Source: Leucoraja ocellata (taxonomy: Eukaryota). From it: 64,000 bases of DNA. Below are positions 1 through 13,102 of this stretch, piece by piece. The notes beneath the pieces are model-generated. The model was given only the letters and a program-made list of their open reading frames with translations, searched no databases and was not told the DNA's origin. Location of the stretch: NCBI GenBank assembly GCA_036785375.1, contig JAWMAR010000622.1, positions 744,001-808,000 on the forward strand, read 5' to 3'. Each line of letters opens with the position of its first letter. Positions within the stretch are counted from its first letter, which is position 1. A program made the translations under genes and the position numbers.

Positions 1-554
1 AAAGTGTTCACCTGTGAACCGATGTCCGCCTGGAACCCCTGCTGACGCTCACCGAGGTCCCGGAACCCGGCGACGATCGAAGTGAGTTGACCTTCATAAT
101 GCGAGATGCGCTCCTCTTGCTTCTGGAGCGCTGCACGAAAAGGATCAGAGCCCGCTGCGTCCATTGTTGGCCAGTTCGTAATATCAGAACTGAACAAGGA
201 GGAGCACACAAATGCAGGCTCAGACACCGGGCAGATCAGTCTTCAAAGTTTAATCGGTCCAAGTCAGTACATGGGTAAGCAAAACAGAGGCAACAGTACA
301 ATCAAGTATCATACACAACGAACTGGCAATGAGCACTAAAACATCAAGGGCTTAAATACAGACTAGCAGGGGATAACGAGACACAGGTGAAACACATCAG
401 GGCGGGGCCAATAATCACATGAGGGTAAACGACCTGATAGGAAATGGGACCTGAAACAAGAGGAGATGTGAAACACCAAAATAAAACAAGAATGCATACT
501 CTAATACTAAAAAACAATAAGAACCAGAAACTAGATAAAACCCGAGACCTGACA
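1..554 (-). mobile_element. 5' end of a Ty3/Gypsy LTR retrotransposon: LTR ~182-554, then gag start at ATG 164 running off the window
   Basis: Minus strand begins TGTCAGG, contains TATTTAAG and ATTAAA, and ends CTGATA. An open frame MDAAGSDPFRAALQKQEERISHYEGQLTSIVAGFRDLGERQQGFQADIGSQVNT follows, resembling fish Gypsy (sushi-type) gag N-termini. Confidence 0.65.
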
Positions 555-599
555 CCTCTGTTCAACTGTATTCTTCAATTCAATTCAATTCTTCAATTT

Positions 600-1325
600 G
601 CAAGACTGTGAGCAGTTTTGTGTCCCATAACTGGGGAAGGATGTGCAGGATGAGTTACCATTGTAGAGGGTGTAGAGGAGGTTTACTAGAATGATCCCGG
701 GGATGATTGGTTAATGTATGAGGAGCAATTGAAGACTATGGGCCTGTACACACTGGAGTTTAGAAGGATGAGGAGGGATTTCATTGAAACTCCATTTGGT
801 CCCCTAATTTGAGGAAGGCCATTCTTGCTATTGAGGGAGTGCAGCGTAGGTTTACAAGGTTTATTCCTGGGATGGCGGGACTGTCATATGCTGAGAGAAT
901 GGAACCGCTAGGCTTGTTAATTCTGCAGTTGAGAAGGATGAGAGGAGATCTAATTGAAACGCATAAGATTGTTAAGGGCTTGGACACGCTAGAGGCAGGA
1001 AACATGTTCCCGATGTTGGGGGAGTCCGGGACCAGGGGCCACTGTTTAACAATAAGGAGTAAATCATTTAGAACGGAGTCGAGGAAACACAGAGAGTGGT
1101 GAGTCTGTGGAATTCTCTGCCTCAGAGGGCGGTGGAGGCCGGTTCTCTGGATGCTTTCAAGACAGAGCTAAATAGGGTTCTTAAAATAGCGGAGTCAGGG
1201 GATATGGGGAGAAGGCAGGAACGGGGTACTGATTGGGGATGATCACCCATGATCACATTGAATGGCTGTGCTGGCTCGAAAGGCCGAATGGCCTACTCCT
1301 GTACCTATTGTCTATTGTCTATTGT
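600..1325 (+). mobile_element. CR1-type LINE 3' fragment(s)
   Basis: ORF 809-1102 ([21 protein letters not shown]...RGDLIETHKI) is a CR1 ORF2 C-terminus; ends in a (CTATTGT)n tail. Confidence 0.85.
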
Positions 1326-1649
1326 CTGAATATTGAGGCATAGACCATTGCAACAGTCAAGAAACAATTAGACTGGTACATGGATATGAAAGGTTTGGAA
1401 AAATATGTGCCAAATGGAGGAAAGTTGGACGAGTGTAGATGGGGCATGTTCGTCGGGGTGGGCAAGTTGGGCCGAAGGGCCTGTTTCAACGCTGTATGTC
1501 TCTTTGACTCTACCTGCCTATCAAGCTCCCCACTCACCTGTGCCTCACTATTACCTGCCATGCTTTGTTGTGCATCCCCCCCTTCCCCAAGTCCCACCAC
1601 CTCCACCAAATCAGTTTGAAGATGTGTCTCGGCCCAGTATAGTACAGTT

Positions 1650-2125
1650 TGGTTTACAGATTTCTTTATTGTCACGCGCACCGAGGTACAGTGAAAAGCT
1701 GTTGTTGCGTGCTAACCAGTCAGCGGAAAGACAATACATGATTACAATCGAGTGACAAGGAAATAACATTCAGCGCCAGGTAATACCAGCAGAGTCCGAT
1801 CAAGGGTAGACCGAGGGTCACCAATGAGGTAGATAGTAGTTCTGCACTGCTCTCTGGTTGTAGTAGGGTGATTCAGTTGTCTGATAACAGCTGGGAAGAA
1901 ACTGTCCCTGCATCTGGAGGTGGGCGTTTTCACACTTCTGTACCTTTTGCCTAGTTGGTGAGGGGTGAAGAGCGAGTGGACAGGGTGTAACTCGTCTTTG
2001 ATTGTGCTGCTGGCCTTGCCGAGGCAGCGTGAGGTGTAGATGGAATCAATGGAAGGGAGGTTGGTTTGTGTGAGGGTCTGGGCTGCGTCCACAATTCGCA
2101 GCAATTTCTTGCGGTCTTGGATGGA
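1650..2125 (-). mobile_element. Rex1/Babar-type LINE 3' fragment (duplicate at ~11110-11578)
   Basis: Translation LPSIDSIYTSRCLGKASSTIKDELHPVHSLF...RYRSVKTPTSRCRDSFFPAVIRQLN is a typical Rex1/Babar C-terminus. Confidence 0.7.
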
Positions 2126-2565
2126 GCTGTGACTCGAGGCTGTGTCGCCTTTCCGTGCTCTCCAGAGATGCTGCCAGACCCGCTGTGTTTACTCCAGCAC
2201 TTTGTGTCCTTTTCTGATTATGCAGTCACCGCCACGACATTTCCCTTTAGAGAATTACAGACAGAAAAAAGTCAGAATAGTGTTGTCACAGGATGTTACT
2301 GGGGGGGGGGGGGGGGGGGGGGGTGTCAACTTAAATACGATGTGGTTGGTACCTTTCAGCACTGACTGCCCTCGCTGCTGCATTTTGTTCCAGTCCCACC
2401 TGTTTATCTGATCACTCACACGTATTTTTGTTCACGCTAAGTGTGGTCTGGGACCGCAGTGGGCGATCGAATACGACAGCATCTGCAGCCAGTGTCCAAA
2501 CCACACCAGTTAAACTATCTGCAGCTCGCCTCGCTAATGGGACAACGTTTCTTTGGTGTCGTTTA

Positions 2566-2935
2566 CATAGAAACATAGACACATAGAACATGGGTGCAGG
2601 AGTAGGCCATTCGGCCCTTCGAGCCTGCACCGCCATTCAATATGATCATGGCTGATCATCCAACTCAGTATCCTGTACCTGCCTTCTCTCCATACCCCCT
2701 GATCCCACAAGGACCACATCTAACCCCCTCTTAATTATAGCCCATGAACTGGCCTCAACTACCTTCTGTGGCAGAGAATTCCAAAGATTCACCACTCTCT
2801 GTGTGACAAATGTTTTTCTCATCTAGGTCCTAAAGGATTTCCCCCTTATCCTTAAATTGTCACCCTTGTTCTGGACTTCTCCAACATCGGGAACAATCTT
2901 CCTGCATCTAGCCTGTCCAACCCCTTAAGAATTTT
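2566..2935 (-). mobile_element. CR1 (HER1-like) LINE 3' fragment (duplicate ~12005-12390)
   Basis: Matches the other CR1 3' ends; (TTTCTATG)n tail. Confidence 0.85.
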
Positions 2936-3689
2936 AGATTTTAAATCACTTAATGTCCCCTCCCAGTCTAGACCCTGCCTGCCTATTGTTTCAAACAGCC
3001 CTATAATCCCCACAGAAACCGTCATCTTTGGCCTCCCATAAGATCAAAGGTGATAGGAGTAGAATTAGGTAATTTGGCCCATCAAGTCTACTACGCCATT
3101 GAATCATGGCTGATCTATATCTCCGTCTTAATCAAATGCCCCTACCCGCTCCCCTTAACCCCTGACACCCGTAATAATCAAGAATCTAACTCCCTCTGCC
3201 ATAATAATATCAATTGACATCCTCCACAGCCATGTATGGCCATGAATTCCACAGACTCACCACCCTCTGACAAAATATATTCCACCTCATCTCCTTCCTA
3301 AAAGATCGTCCTTTAATTCTGAGGCCATGATCTCTAGTCCTAGACACCCCACTAGTGGAAACATCCTCTCCACGTCCACTCTATCCCAAGCATCTCGCAT
3401 ATCCACAGTTTCACCAATGAATTCTTGGTGCATTCCATCCACGATCAAACCCTTGAAGGATTAGGGGACGGAGTGGGATAGTGGGAGAAATGGGCGCACA
3501 AACTTGTAAGGGAGAGGGAAGAGAGAGGGACGGGGTGGGAGTGTAGGGGGTGGGAGTGGAGGGGGAGGGAGTGGGGAGTGGAGGGGGAGGGAGTGGGGAG
3601 TGGAGGGGGTGGGGGGGGGTGGGGGATGGGTTACAGATTATAGATTATTACCTGGAATTGTACGAAGTAAAATATTCAAATATACTGAC

Positions 3690-3799
3690 CTGTACTGAGC
3701 TTGTCCTCTTGTAATACATGTAGCAAAATATAACTGAGATGAAGATGATTGTGGCGGCTGTAATAAGTACACGGCTTGAGACTCTTAATGGCTTAGAAC
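3690..3799 (-). CDS. SLAM/CD2-like copy A transmembrane exon
   Basis: Acceptor CTCTCTTCAG|; GSKPLRVSSRVLITAATIIFISVIFCYMYYKRTSSVQ; donor CAG|GTCAGT, or read-through VSIFEYFTSYNSR* to stop 3648-3650. Confidence 0.75.
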
Positions 3800-6654
3800 C
3801 TGAAGAGAGATCACTATTTCAGTTGCCAATCTATTGACGTGTTGGTGCATGGGAACAGATTCAGGGAGTTCAGGTCAGGTCAGTTTAGGTTAGTTTATTG
3901 TCACGTGTACCGGGCTACAGTGAAAAGCTTTTTTGTCGCGTGCTATCGAGTCAGCAGAAAGACAATACATCATTACAATCAATGCATTTATAGCATAGAT
4001 TCATGATAAGGGAACAACGTTTAGTGCAAGGTAAATTCCGGTCATGGAAGCCTTGTAACCCTGTCCTACTTAGGAAACCTGAATGGAAACCTCTGGAGAC
4101 TTTGCGCCCCACCTAAGGTTTCCGTGAGGTTCCCGGATGTTTTCGTCAGTCACCCTACCTGCTTCCACTACCTGCAACCTCTGGCAACCACCTGCAACCT
4201 CCAGAAACCGTGGCTGGGGCGCAAAGTCTCCAAAGGTTTCCGTTCAGGCTTCCTAAGTGGGACAGGGGCATTACTCCAGCATGGTGTGCCCGTTTAAATA
4301 CATCGATTACCTGGTTTCTTTCATCGGAAGGATTTGGGGATTTGTATAGGAACGAAAAAAATAGCCCCTATTTTATTTGAGAAATGTGCTTAGTGTGAAA
4401 ATATGAAGCCACAAACCTTCATGGGCAGGACAGAGCTGTGTTAGATCCACGCTCCGTGTCTCCTCACTAACAGGGTTCCTCACGGTGCAGTTGTACACGC
4501 TGTTGTTGTTGGGTAGAGGTATGGAGAGTGCCAGCCTTCTCCCTTCGTCAGTCAGTATGTGCGACCCATCTGCCGTGATCTTGTCATCTCCAGACCACCA
4601 AGTGTAGACTGGCTCGGTGCCGTGCTCCAGTGAACACACCAAGCTAACGTTACACACCCCTTCGGTGAAAGCTTCACTGATATTTATTATAGGTAATGAC
4701 ACGCGTTCTGTTTCAAAGAAAAGCAGATTTTTTTAAAAGCACAGTATTTAAAAAAAGCATCGGTAGACTTGCTGCCTTCCAGCGACAGAGACTCTGATAC
4801 GACCTTGACTACGGGTGCTGTCTGTACGGATTTTATGCCTTCTCCCAGGGACCGCGTAGGGTTTCTCCGGGTGCACCGGTTTTCTCCCACTCTCCAAAAT
4901 CGTACAGTAGGTTATTTAGCTTGGTATAATAGCAAAGTGTCCCTATTGTGTGTAGGGTAGTGTCAGTGCGCGGGGATCGCTGGTCCGTGAGGACTCGGTG
5001 GGCCCAAGGGCCTGTTTCCCGGCTGTATCTCTAAACTAAACTAAGTTGCGGCTTCTCAGCGCCAGAGACCCGGGTTCTGTCCTGACCTGACCACGGCTAC
5101 GGTCTGAACGGATTTTATTCGTTCTTCCCGTGACCGCGTGGGTTTGCCCATAATCCAAAGTTTGTTAGATTCCAGAATGTACAGTTTATTAAAAAAAAAA
5201 AGATTACCATAAATCTTCAGTTCTGTCACTTGTTCATGGAGCCCCTGATTCGTCCTTAAATTCATTTCATATAAACCTTGATCGTGTTCTGTTAGGTTCT
5301 GTATTTCCAGACTACAGTCCTTCAGGTTTAATCTGATTCCCTGTTTTTCATATTGTATTGGATTGTTTTGAGATTTCATACATAATTGAACCTTTCCTGT
5401 TGTTGGTGAACTGCGGTAATCCCAAGCAAGGACTGACATGTTTTCTCCTGAGATACATCCTGGTAACGTGACTGACTGTCCCAGTGTCCCATTCACCAAG
5501 CGACGAGTGCCTGGTTTCCCCGCAGTCTGTCCCAGACCTGAAACACAAGGACAAGATATTAGTGCCATCAGCTCTGGGGTGTTGGTGTTCATAGTTTCCC
5601 AGCCCAGCGGTGAGTTGTCCCAACCCTAATGGACAAGGGCAGCAGGCACATGAGGTCCAACTACGTCGACCATCGATCCAACTAGGTTTGTTGATGCTGT
5701 TACCATCCGCAGCTTTCGCCCTGATGCCCCAGCACACGGCAGCGAAAAAGATGGCGCTGGCTACCACCGGTTGGTAGAACATCTGCAGCATCTGACTGTA
5801 GACGTTGAAGGAGCTGAGCATTCCCAAACAGTACAGGCAGCCCCGTCCCTTCTTGTACATTGTCTCAGCGTTCCTGGACCAGTCCAGTTTACTGTCCAGG
5901 TACACTCCCAGGTATTTGTACCCCTTGGAAAGGTCGATGGATAAATAGTCGGANNNNNNNNNNNNNNNNNNNNNNNNNNNNNNNNNNNNNNNNNNNNNNN
6001 NNNNNNNNNNNNNNNNNNNNNNNNNNNNNNNNNNNNNNNNNNNNNNNNNNNNNNNNNNNNNNNNNNNNNNNNNNNNNNNNNNNNNNNNNNNNNCAGACGG
6101 ACAGACGGACAGAGAGAGTTTGGAATCAGGCTACTCAGCCCACCAACCCCACGCCAATCATCGATCACCTGATCATACATGTTCTATATTGTTCCATATT
6201 CGCATCCACTCCATACGCACTGCGGGCAATTAACCTACAACCCTACACGTCTTGGGGCTATGGGTGGGGGGGGGGGGGGGGGACTAGGGCACCACGTGGT
6301 TTGTTTTACACCGAGAGTAATGGGTGTCTGGAATGCGCTGCTAGAAATGGCGGTGGAGGGCAGATACGATAGTGGGGTTCAAGTGCCTTTTAGAAAAACA
6401 CATGGATATACAAGGAATACATAGATATGGATTGTGTGCGGCAGAGTAGTTTACATTAACTTGGCATCATGTTCGGCATGGACGTTGTGGGCTGAATGGC
6501 CTGTTCATGTGCTGTACTGTTCTATGTAGCCACCTTCTTCCAACCTACCGCCACCCACACCCCGAGCTCAAGGCATGGACTCACCTCCAGAGTCGCTCAA
6601 CAGCAACCAAAGTATCCCGATGAGGGAGTGAATCCCAGGGACTCTCCTGTCCAT
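3690..6654 (-). CDS. CD2/SLAM-family Ig receptor, copy A (leader-IgV-IgC2-TM); exons 6585-6654, 5208-5537, 4417-4707, 3690-3799
   Basis: GT-AG introns, all phase 1. Leader MDRRVPGIHSLIGILWLLLSDSGG; V domain VNGTLGQSVTLP..W..SLEIQNLTEHDQGLYEM lacking the F-strand Cys; C2 domain YERVSLP..CNVSLVCS..YTW..YNCTVRNPVS..C; TM VLITAATIIFISVIFCYMYY-KR. No cytoplasmic exon found. Confidence 0.85.
4056..4270. mobile_element. PIF/Harbinger-like MITE (~225 bp, long TIRs); also 12731-12956 and partial copies ~10655-10813, ~18958-19119
   Basis: Ends CCCTGTCC(C/T)ACTTAGGAAACC...GG(T/C)TTCCTAAGTGGGACAGGGGCA followed by TTA/TAA. Confidence 0.75.
4417..4707 (-). CDS. SLAM/CD2-like copy A IgC2 exon
   Basis: Acceptor TTTGAAACAG|, donor G|GTTTGT, 291 nt, four Cys and the NPVS motif. 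Confidence 0.9.
4758..5045 (+). mobile_element. tRNA-derived V-SINE (HE1-like); many other copies, e.g. 8520-8795(-), 10100-10350(-), 13447-13735(+), 16778-17050(-), 18360-18620(-), 20715-21028(-), 36675-36975(-), 60990-61290(+)
   Basis: tRNA-like head, V-domain-like core GGGTTTCTCCGGGTGC.CCGGTTT.CTCCCAC, (CTAAA)n tail. Confidence 0.8.
5208..5537 (-). CDS. SLAM/CD2-like copy A IgV exon
   Basis: Acceptor TGTGTTTCAG|, donor G|GTAAT, 330 nt open. Confidence 0.9.
5640..5940 (-). mobile_element. Rex1/Babar LINE RT-thumb fragment (duplicate ~14330-14627)
   Basis: YLGVYLDSKLDWSRNAETMYKKGRGCLYCLGMLSSFNV..MLQMFYQPVVASAIFFAAVCWG. Confidence 0.7.
6585..6654 (-). CDS. SLAM/CD2-like copy A leader exon
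   Basis: ATG at 6654, hydrophobic core LIGILWLLL, donor G|GTGAGT, 70 nt, phase 1. Confidence 0.8.
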
Positions 6655-7542
6655 GTCTTCTCTGAAGAGCAGGTTGTTTTTGAGATACAAGAGACTGCAG
6701 ATACTGGAATCTGTAGCAAGAAATACATAACTTGTTGGAGGATCTCAGCAGTTCGAGCAGCGTTTGTGGAGGCAAAGACATGCTGGACAAGACCCGCATC
6801 AGAACTCAGAGGGCAGAGGAAAGATAATTAATGTTCATAAGTCATAGGAGCAGAATTAGGCCATTCAGCCCATCGAGTCTACTCCCCCATTCACTTGGCT
6901 GATATATCTTTCCCTATCAAGCCCGGTCTCCTGCCTTCTCCCTATAACCCCTGAGACCCGCACTCTGATCCTAGACTCTCCCACTCGTGAAAACATCTCC
7001 TCCACATCCACACAATCAAGGTCTTTCACTATCCATTAAGTTTCAGTGAAATACCCCCTCATCCTTCTAAACTGCAGCGAGTACAGGCCCAATGCCATCA
7101 AACGCTATCATATGTCGACCACTCATCCCCGGGATCATTCTATTAAAATATCTTTTAAATGCTGTTATTTCTGATCTCAAATGTATGATTCATTTTCATG
7201 GAATCCAACCATTCATTTCAACCAACCAACGAACAATTCATGTTTCTTGCTCCCTCAGTATCATCTCAAGAGTCAAGAGCCAAGTGCGTTTTACCGTCAT
7301 ATGCCCCAGATGGGACAATGAAATTCTTACTTGCAGCAGCATTAGGCATGTAAATGTAGTANNNNNNNNNNNNNNNNNNNNNNNNNNNNNNNNNNNNNNN
7401 NNNNNNNNNNNNNNNNNNNNNNNNNNNNNNNNNNNNNNNNNNNNNNNNNNNNNNNNNNNNNNNNNNNNNNNNNNNNNNNNNNNNNNNNNNNNNNNNNNNN
7501 NNNNNNNNNNNNNNNNNNNNNNNNNNNNNTTGTTATTGTTAG

Positions 7543-8013
7543 AAACATAGAAACATAGAAATTAGGTGCAGGAGTAGGCCATTCGGCCCTTCGAGCCTGC
7601 ACCGCCATTCAATATGATCATGGCTGATCATCCAACTCAGTATCCCGTACCTGCCTTCTCTCCATACCCCCTGATCCCGTTAGCCACAAGGGCCACATCT
7701 AACTCACTCTTAAATATAGCCAATGAACCGGCCTCAACTACCCTCTGTGGCAGAGAGTTCCAGAGATTCACCACTCTCTGCGTGAAAAAAGTTCTTCTCA
7801 TCTCGGTTTTAAAGGATTTCCCCTTTATCCTTAAGCTGTGACCCCTTGTCCTAGACCTCCCTAACATCGGGAACAATCTTCCTGCATCTAGCCTGTCCAA
7901 CCCCTTAAGAATTTTGTAAGTTTCTATAAGATGCCCTCTCAATCTTCTAAATTCTAGAGAGTATAAACCAAGTCTATCCAGTCTTTCTTCATAAGACTGT
8001 CCTGACATCCCAG
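7543..8013 (-). mobile_element. Young CR1 3' fragment specific to duplication unit A
   Basis: Open 123-aa ORF; GTTAG repeated at both flanks; empty site in unit B at ~16226-16230. Confidence 0.9.
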
Positions 8014-10624
8014 GTTAGTTTTTATGTACATNNNNNNNNNNNNNNNNNNNNNNNNNNNNNNNNNNNNNNNNNNNNNNNNNNNNNNNNNNNNNNNNNNNNN
8101 NNNNNNNNNNNNNNNNNNNNNNNNNNNNNNNNNNNNNNNNNNNNNNNNNNNNNNNNNNNNNNNNNNNNNNNNNNNNNNNNNNNNNNNNNNNNNNNNNNNN
8201 NNNNNNNNNNNNNNNNNNNNNNNNNNNNNNNNNNNNNNNNNNNNNNNNNNNNNNNNNNNNNNNNNNNNNNNNNNNNNNNNNNNNNNNATGCTGGTTTAAA
8301 CCGAATATAGACACAAAATGCTATATTCAGCGGGAGTCTGCAGAAGGGGCTCGACCCGTAACGTCACCCATTCCTTATCTCCAGAGATGCTGCCTGTTCC
8401 GCTCAGTTACTCCAGCATTATGTGTCTATCTTATTTTTTATATTTAGAAATATATTCGCGCACATACGCACTTAATAGGCTTATATGTACATAGAAACAA
8501 ACAATAATAATACCAATAATAGTTTAGTTTAGTTTGGAGATACAGCGCGGAAACAGGTCCTTCGGCCCACCGAGTCCGCGCCGACCAGCGATCCCCGCAC
8601 ACTAACACTATCCTACACACATGATGGGCAATTTACAATTTTACCGAAGCGAATTAACCTACAAATCTGTATGTCTTTGGAATGTGGGAGGGAACCGGGG
8701 CGCCCGGGCAAAGCCCACACAGGGCACGGAGGGAGAACTTACAAACTCCGTAAAGACAGCACCCGTAGTCAGAATCGAACCCGGGTCTCTAGCGTTCCAT
8801 GTCTATGTAGTTCAGAGCTTATTTGGAGGTTGTTGAAGTGTTTCATAGGCTGATGGGAATCTGGGAATGGAGCCGATCAAGTTAATAGTTCAATGACGTG
8901 GCGGCGTAAGTTCAATGCACGCTACAGTGGCTGTAGAATTTAAACTCATATTCAGAACTTGGAGAATCAGCAAATGGTTTTAATATAGCCATAACCACAA
9001 CCGTCGCAGTAGAGACAGGAACTGGGACAACGTATTTGTTTGGTTTAATTTACAGAAAAGAAGTCCTTCGACCCAACGTAACCACGTCTATCATCGATCA
9101 CCCGTTCACGCTAGTCCATACGTCCATACATTCTACAAGCAGAATTATGCCATTAGGCCCATCAAGTCTACCTCGCCATGATAAATATTTCCCTCTCAAC
9201 AGCATTTTCCTGCCTTCGTCCCATAACCAAGAATCAACGAATCTCCAACTTAAAACGGCCTCCACACCCATCTCAGACTAAATAAATCTCTTCTCATCTC
9301 CTTCCTAAATGAACGAACTTGTATTCTGAGGCTGCGACCTCTGGTCCTAGACTCTTCCACCAGTGGAAACATCCTCTCCACATCCACTCTATCCAGGCCT
9401 TTCACTGTTCGGTAAGTCTCAATGAGGTCGCCCCCTCATCCTTCCAAACTCCAGCAAGTACAGGCCCAGTGCCATCAAATGCTAGTTCTGTGTTATCCTA
9501 CTTCCTCACCCACCCCCTACACAGTAGGGACAATTTACTGGGGGGCAATTAACCTACAAAGGTGGAGACCGGAGCACCCGGAGGAAACCTACCCACTAAC
9601 TTGCAAACTCCACAGAGACAGTACCCGAGGTCAGAATCGTTCTCTGATGCCCTGAGGTAGCGGCTCTACCACTGCACCACCCTTAAAGTTAAATAACTTT
9701 GTTCTAGCGATCAGAAAAGCTTGTTTAATACATAAAATGCAAACATTAATCATTGTTTTTTTGTATGTCAGCAATCTGAAACTTAAAAACGAGACTGTTA
9801 CATGTTTCAGACTTTCAATATTACAAAAGAATCATCGTTTAACAAACGCAACATGTTAATTAAATTAGCTGGCTAGACCCTTAAAAGTTTAACAGTTTTC
9901 TAGGATTTGCCGTGTAAAAACCCCCCAATATATTTATGAAAAGTAAAAAAGAAATATATACAAAATATTCTTTATAAGGAATATATATGTATCTCTACGT
10001 TCAATAGCGGCATAACCAGTGGTGTTAGTACCTGTTACGATATTCGCCAACATCAATGTGCATCGAACAAAACAAGCCACTAATCTATAAACTGCCCTGT
10101 TTAGTTTAGGTCAGATATACAGCATTTCGGCCCCAACGAGACCGCACCGTCCCGCATATTGACACTATCCTATACATATTAGGGGCAATTTCCACTTGTA
10201 CAAACCTGTATGTGGGAGTTAACTGAAGAACTCGGATATATCTCACGGGGAAAATGTACAACCTCCATACAGACAGCACCCGTGTTCAGGGATCGAACCT
10301 GGTCTCTGGCGCTGTGAGGCAGCAACTCTACCGCTGCGCCACCGTGCCGTCCTCAGAACTCAGCGTGATCAAGCAGCATCTGTGAAGGTGAACGGCCACG
10401 TTTCGGGACTGCGTTGAGGAATTCATGGAGTGGGGGGGGGGGGGGGGGGGGGTGATAAAGCAGCGGGAAGGAGATTGGTTGAATCAAGCGGGGGGGCAGG
10501 TTTCAGACTGTAGGGACCGGAACATGGACACACAATGCTGGAGTAGGAGCGGCGGTATCTCTGGAGAGAAGGAAGGGGCGACGTTTGGGATCAAGACCCC
10601 TTTTTCATCGCGGAACAGCCCCCC

Positions 10625-10657
<33 letters not shown>

Positions 10658-13102
10658 TGCGGTTCCCGGAGGTTGCAGGTGGTTGCCGTAGGTTGCAGGT
10701 AGTGGAAGCAGTAGTGAGACTGACAAAAGAACCTCCGGGAACAGCACGGAAACCTTGGGTGGGGCGCAAAGTCTCCAGAGGTTTCCGTTCAGGTTTCCTA
10801 AGTGGGACAAGGCATACATCTCCAAACCCGGACATCTTTGGAATGTTGGAGTGCGGGAAACCGGAGCACCCAGAGAAAACCCACGCAATCACAGGGAAAA
10901 CGGGTAACCTCCACACAGACAGCAGCCGAGGTCAGGATCGAACCCATGTCTCTGCCGCTGTGTATCGCTACCCACTCACCTGTGTCTCACTATTATCTGT
11001 CATGCTTTGTTGTGCCTCTCCCCCTTTTCCATCCCTCTTCTCCAACCACCTCCACCAAACCAGTTTGAAGACGTGTCTCGGCCCAGTATAGTACAGTTTG
11101 GTTTACAGATTTGTTTATTGTCACCTGCACCGAGGTACAGTGAAAAGCTGTTGTTGCGTGCTAACCAGTCAGCGGAAAGACAATACATGATTACAATCGA
11201 GTGACAAGGAAATAACATTCTGCGCCAGGTAAAACCAGCAGAGTCCGATCAAGGGTAGACCGAGGGTCAACGATGAGGGAGATAGTAGTTCTGCACTGCT
11301 CACTGGTTGTAGTAGGATGATTCAGTTGTCTGATAACAGCTGGGAAGAAACTGTCCCTGAATCTGGAGGTGTGCGTTTTCACACTTCTGTTACTTTTGCC
11401 TGGTTGGAGTGGGGTGAAGAGAGAGTGGACAGGGTGTAACTCATCTTTGATTGTTCTGCTGGCCTTGCCGAGGCAGCGTGAGGTGTAGATGGAATCAATG
11501 GAAGGGAGGTTGGTTTGTGCGATGGGCTGGGCTGCGTCCACAATTCGCAACAATTTCTTGCGGTCTTGGATGGAGCTGTGACTCGAGGCTGTGTCGCCTT
11601 TCCGTGCTCTCCAGAGATGCTGCCAGACCTGCTGTGTTTACACCAGCATTTTGTGTCCTTTTCTGATTATGCCTTATCAGTCACAGCCACGACATTTCCC
11701 TTTAGAGAATTACAGGCAGAAAAAAGGAAGAATAGTGTTGTCACAGGATGTTACTGGGGGGTTGTCAACTTAAATACGATGTGGTTGGTACCTTTCAGCA
11801 CTGACTGCCCTCTCTGCTGCATCTTGTTCCAGTCCCACCTGTTTATCTGATCACTCACACGTATTTTTGTTCACGCTACGTGTGGTCTGGGACCGCAGTG
11901 GGCGATCGAATACAACAGCATCTGCAGCCAGGGTCCAAACCACACGAGTTAAACTATCTGCAGCTCGCCTCGCTATTGGGACAACGTTTCTTTGGTGTCG
12001 TTTACATAGAAACATAGAAACATAGAAAATGGGTGCAGGTGTAGGCCATTCTGCCGTTCGAGCCTGCACCGCCATTCAATATGATAATGGCTGATCATCC
12101 AACTCGGTATCCTGTACCTACCTTCTCTCCATACCCCCTGATCCCTTTAGCCACAAGGGCCACATCTAACCCCCTCTTAATTATAGCCCATGAACTGGCC
12201 TCAACTACCTTCTGTGGCAGAGAATTCCAAAGATTCACCACTCTCTGTGTGAAAAATATTTTACTCATCTCGGTCCTAAAAGACTTCCCCCTTATCCTTA
12301 AACTGTGTGTGGCCGCTTGTGCTGGACGTCCACAACACCTGGAACAAACTTCCTGTATCTAGCCTGTCCAACCGCTTAAGAATTTTAGTGTTTAATATCA
12401 CTTTAATGTCCCCTCCCAGTCTAGCCCCTGCCTGCCTATTGTTTCAAACAGCCCTATAATCCCCACAGAAACCGTCATCTTTGGCCTCCCATAAGGTCAA
12501 AGGTGTTAGGAGTAGAATTAGGCGATTTGGCCCATCAAGTCTACTCCGGCATTGAATCATGGCTGATCTATATCTCCCTCTTTACCTAATTATCTTACCT
12601 GCTCCCCATAACCATTGACATCCGTAATAATCAAGAATCTAACTCCCTCTGCCATAATAATATCAATTGACGTCCTCCACAGCCATCTATAGCAATGAAT
12701 TCCACAGACTCATCACCCTCTGACTTCTTATAACCCTGTCCCACTTGGGAAACCTGAACGGAAACCCCTGGAGACTTTGCGCTCCACCTAAGGTTTCCGT
12801 GATGTTCAAGGACGTTTTTGTCAGTCTCCCTACCTGCTTCCACTACCTGCAACCTCCGGCAACCAGCTGCAACCTCCGGGAACCGCACGGAAACCTTGGG
12901 TGGGGCGCAAAGTCTCCAGGGGTTTCCGTTCAGGCTTCCTAAGTGGGACAGGGGCATTACTCCAGCATGGTGTGCTCGTTTAAATACATCGATTTCCTGG
13001 TTTCTTTCATCGGAAGGATTTGGGGATCTGTATAGGAACGAAAAAAATAGCCCCTATTTTATTTGAGAAATGTGCTTAGTGTGAAAATATGAAGCCACAA
13101 AC

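Larger units (their letters stand above)
1529..10961. repeat. Tandem segmental duplication, unit A
   Basis: Colinear high identity with 10971-19266 throughout (same repeats, same N-run positions, same exons). Confidence 0.93.

Noticed and set aside
2419-2533. Minus-strand segment ending in a GTGAGT donor (also ~11858-11972) as a SLAM cytoplasmic or alternative TM exon
   Set aside because: Weak acceptor, no tyrosine motif, early stop in the phase needed after the TM exon, and the hydrophobic run is too short and interrupted by Asp
3520-3630. G-rich short tandem repeat with G-quadruplex potential after the SLAM TM exon
   Set aside because: Similar G-runs are common across the window; nothing indicates function
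4758-4830. tRNA-like sequences
   Set aside because: They are SINE heads followed by the V-domain core and tail, not complete tRNA genes
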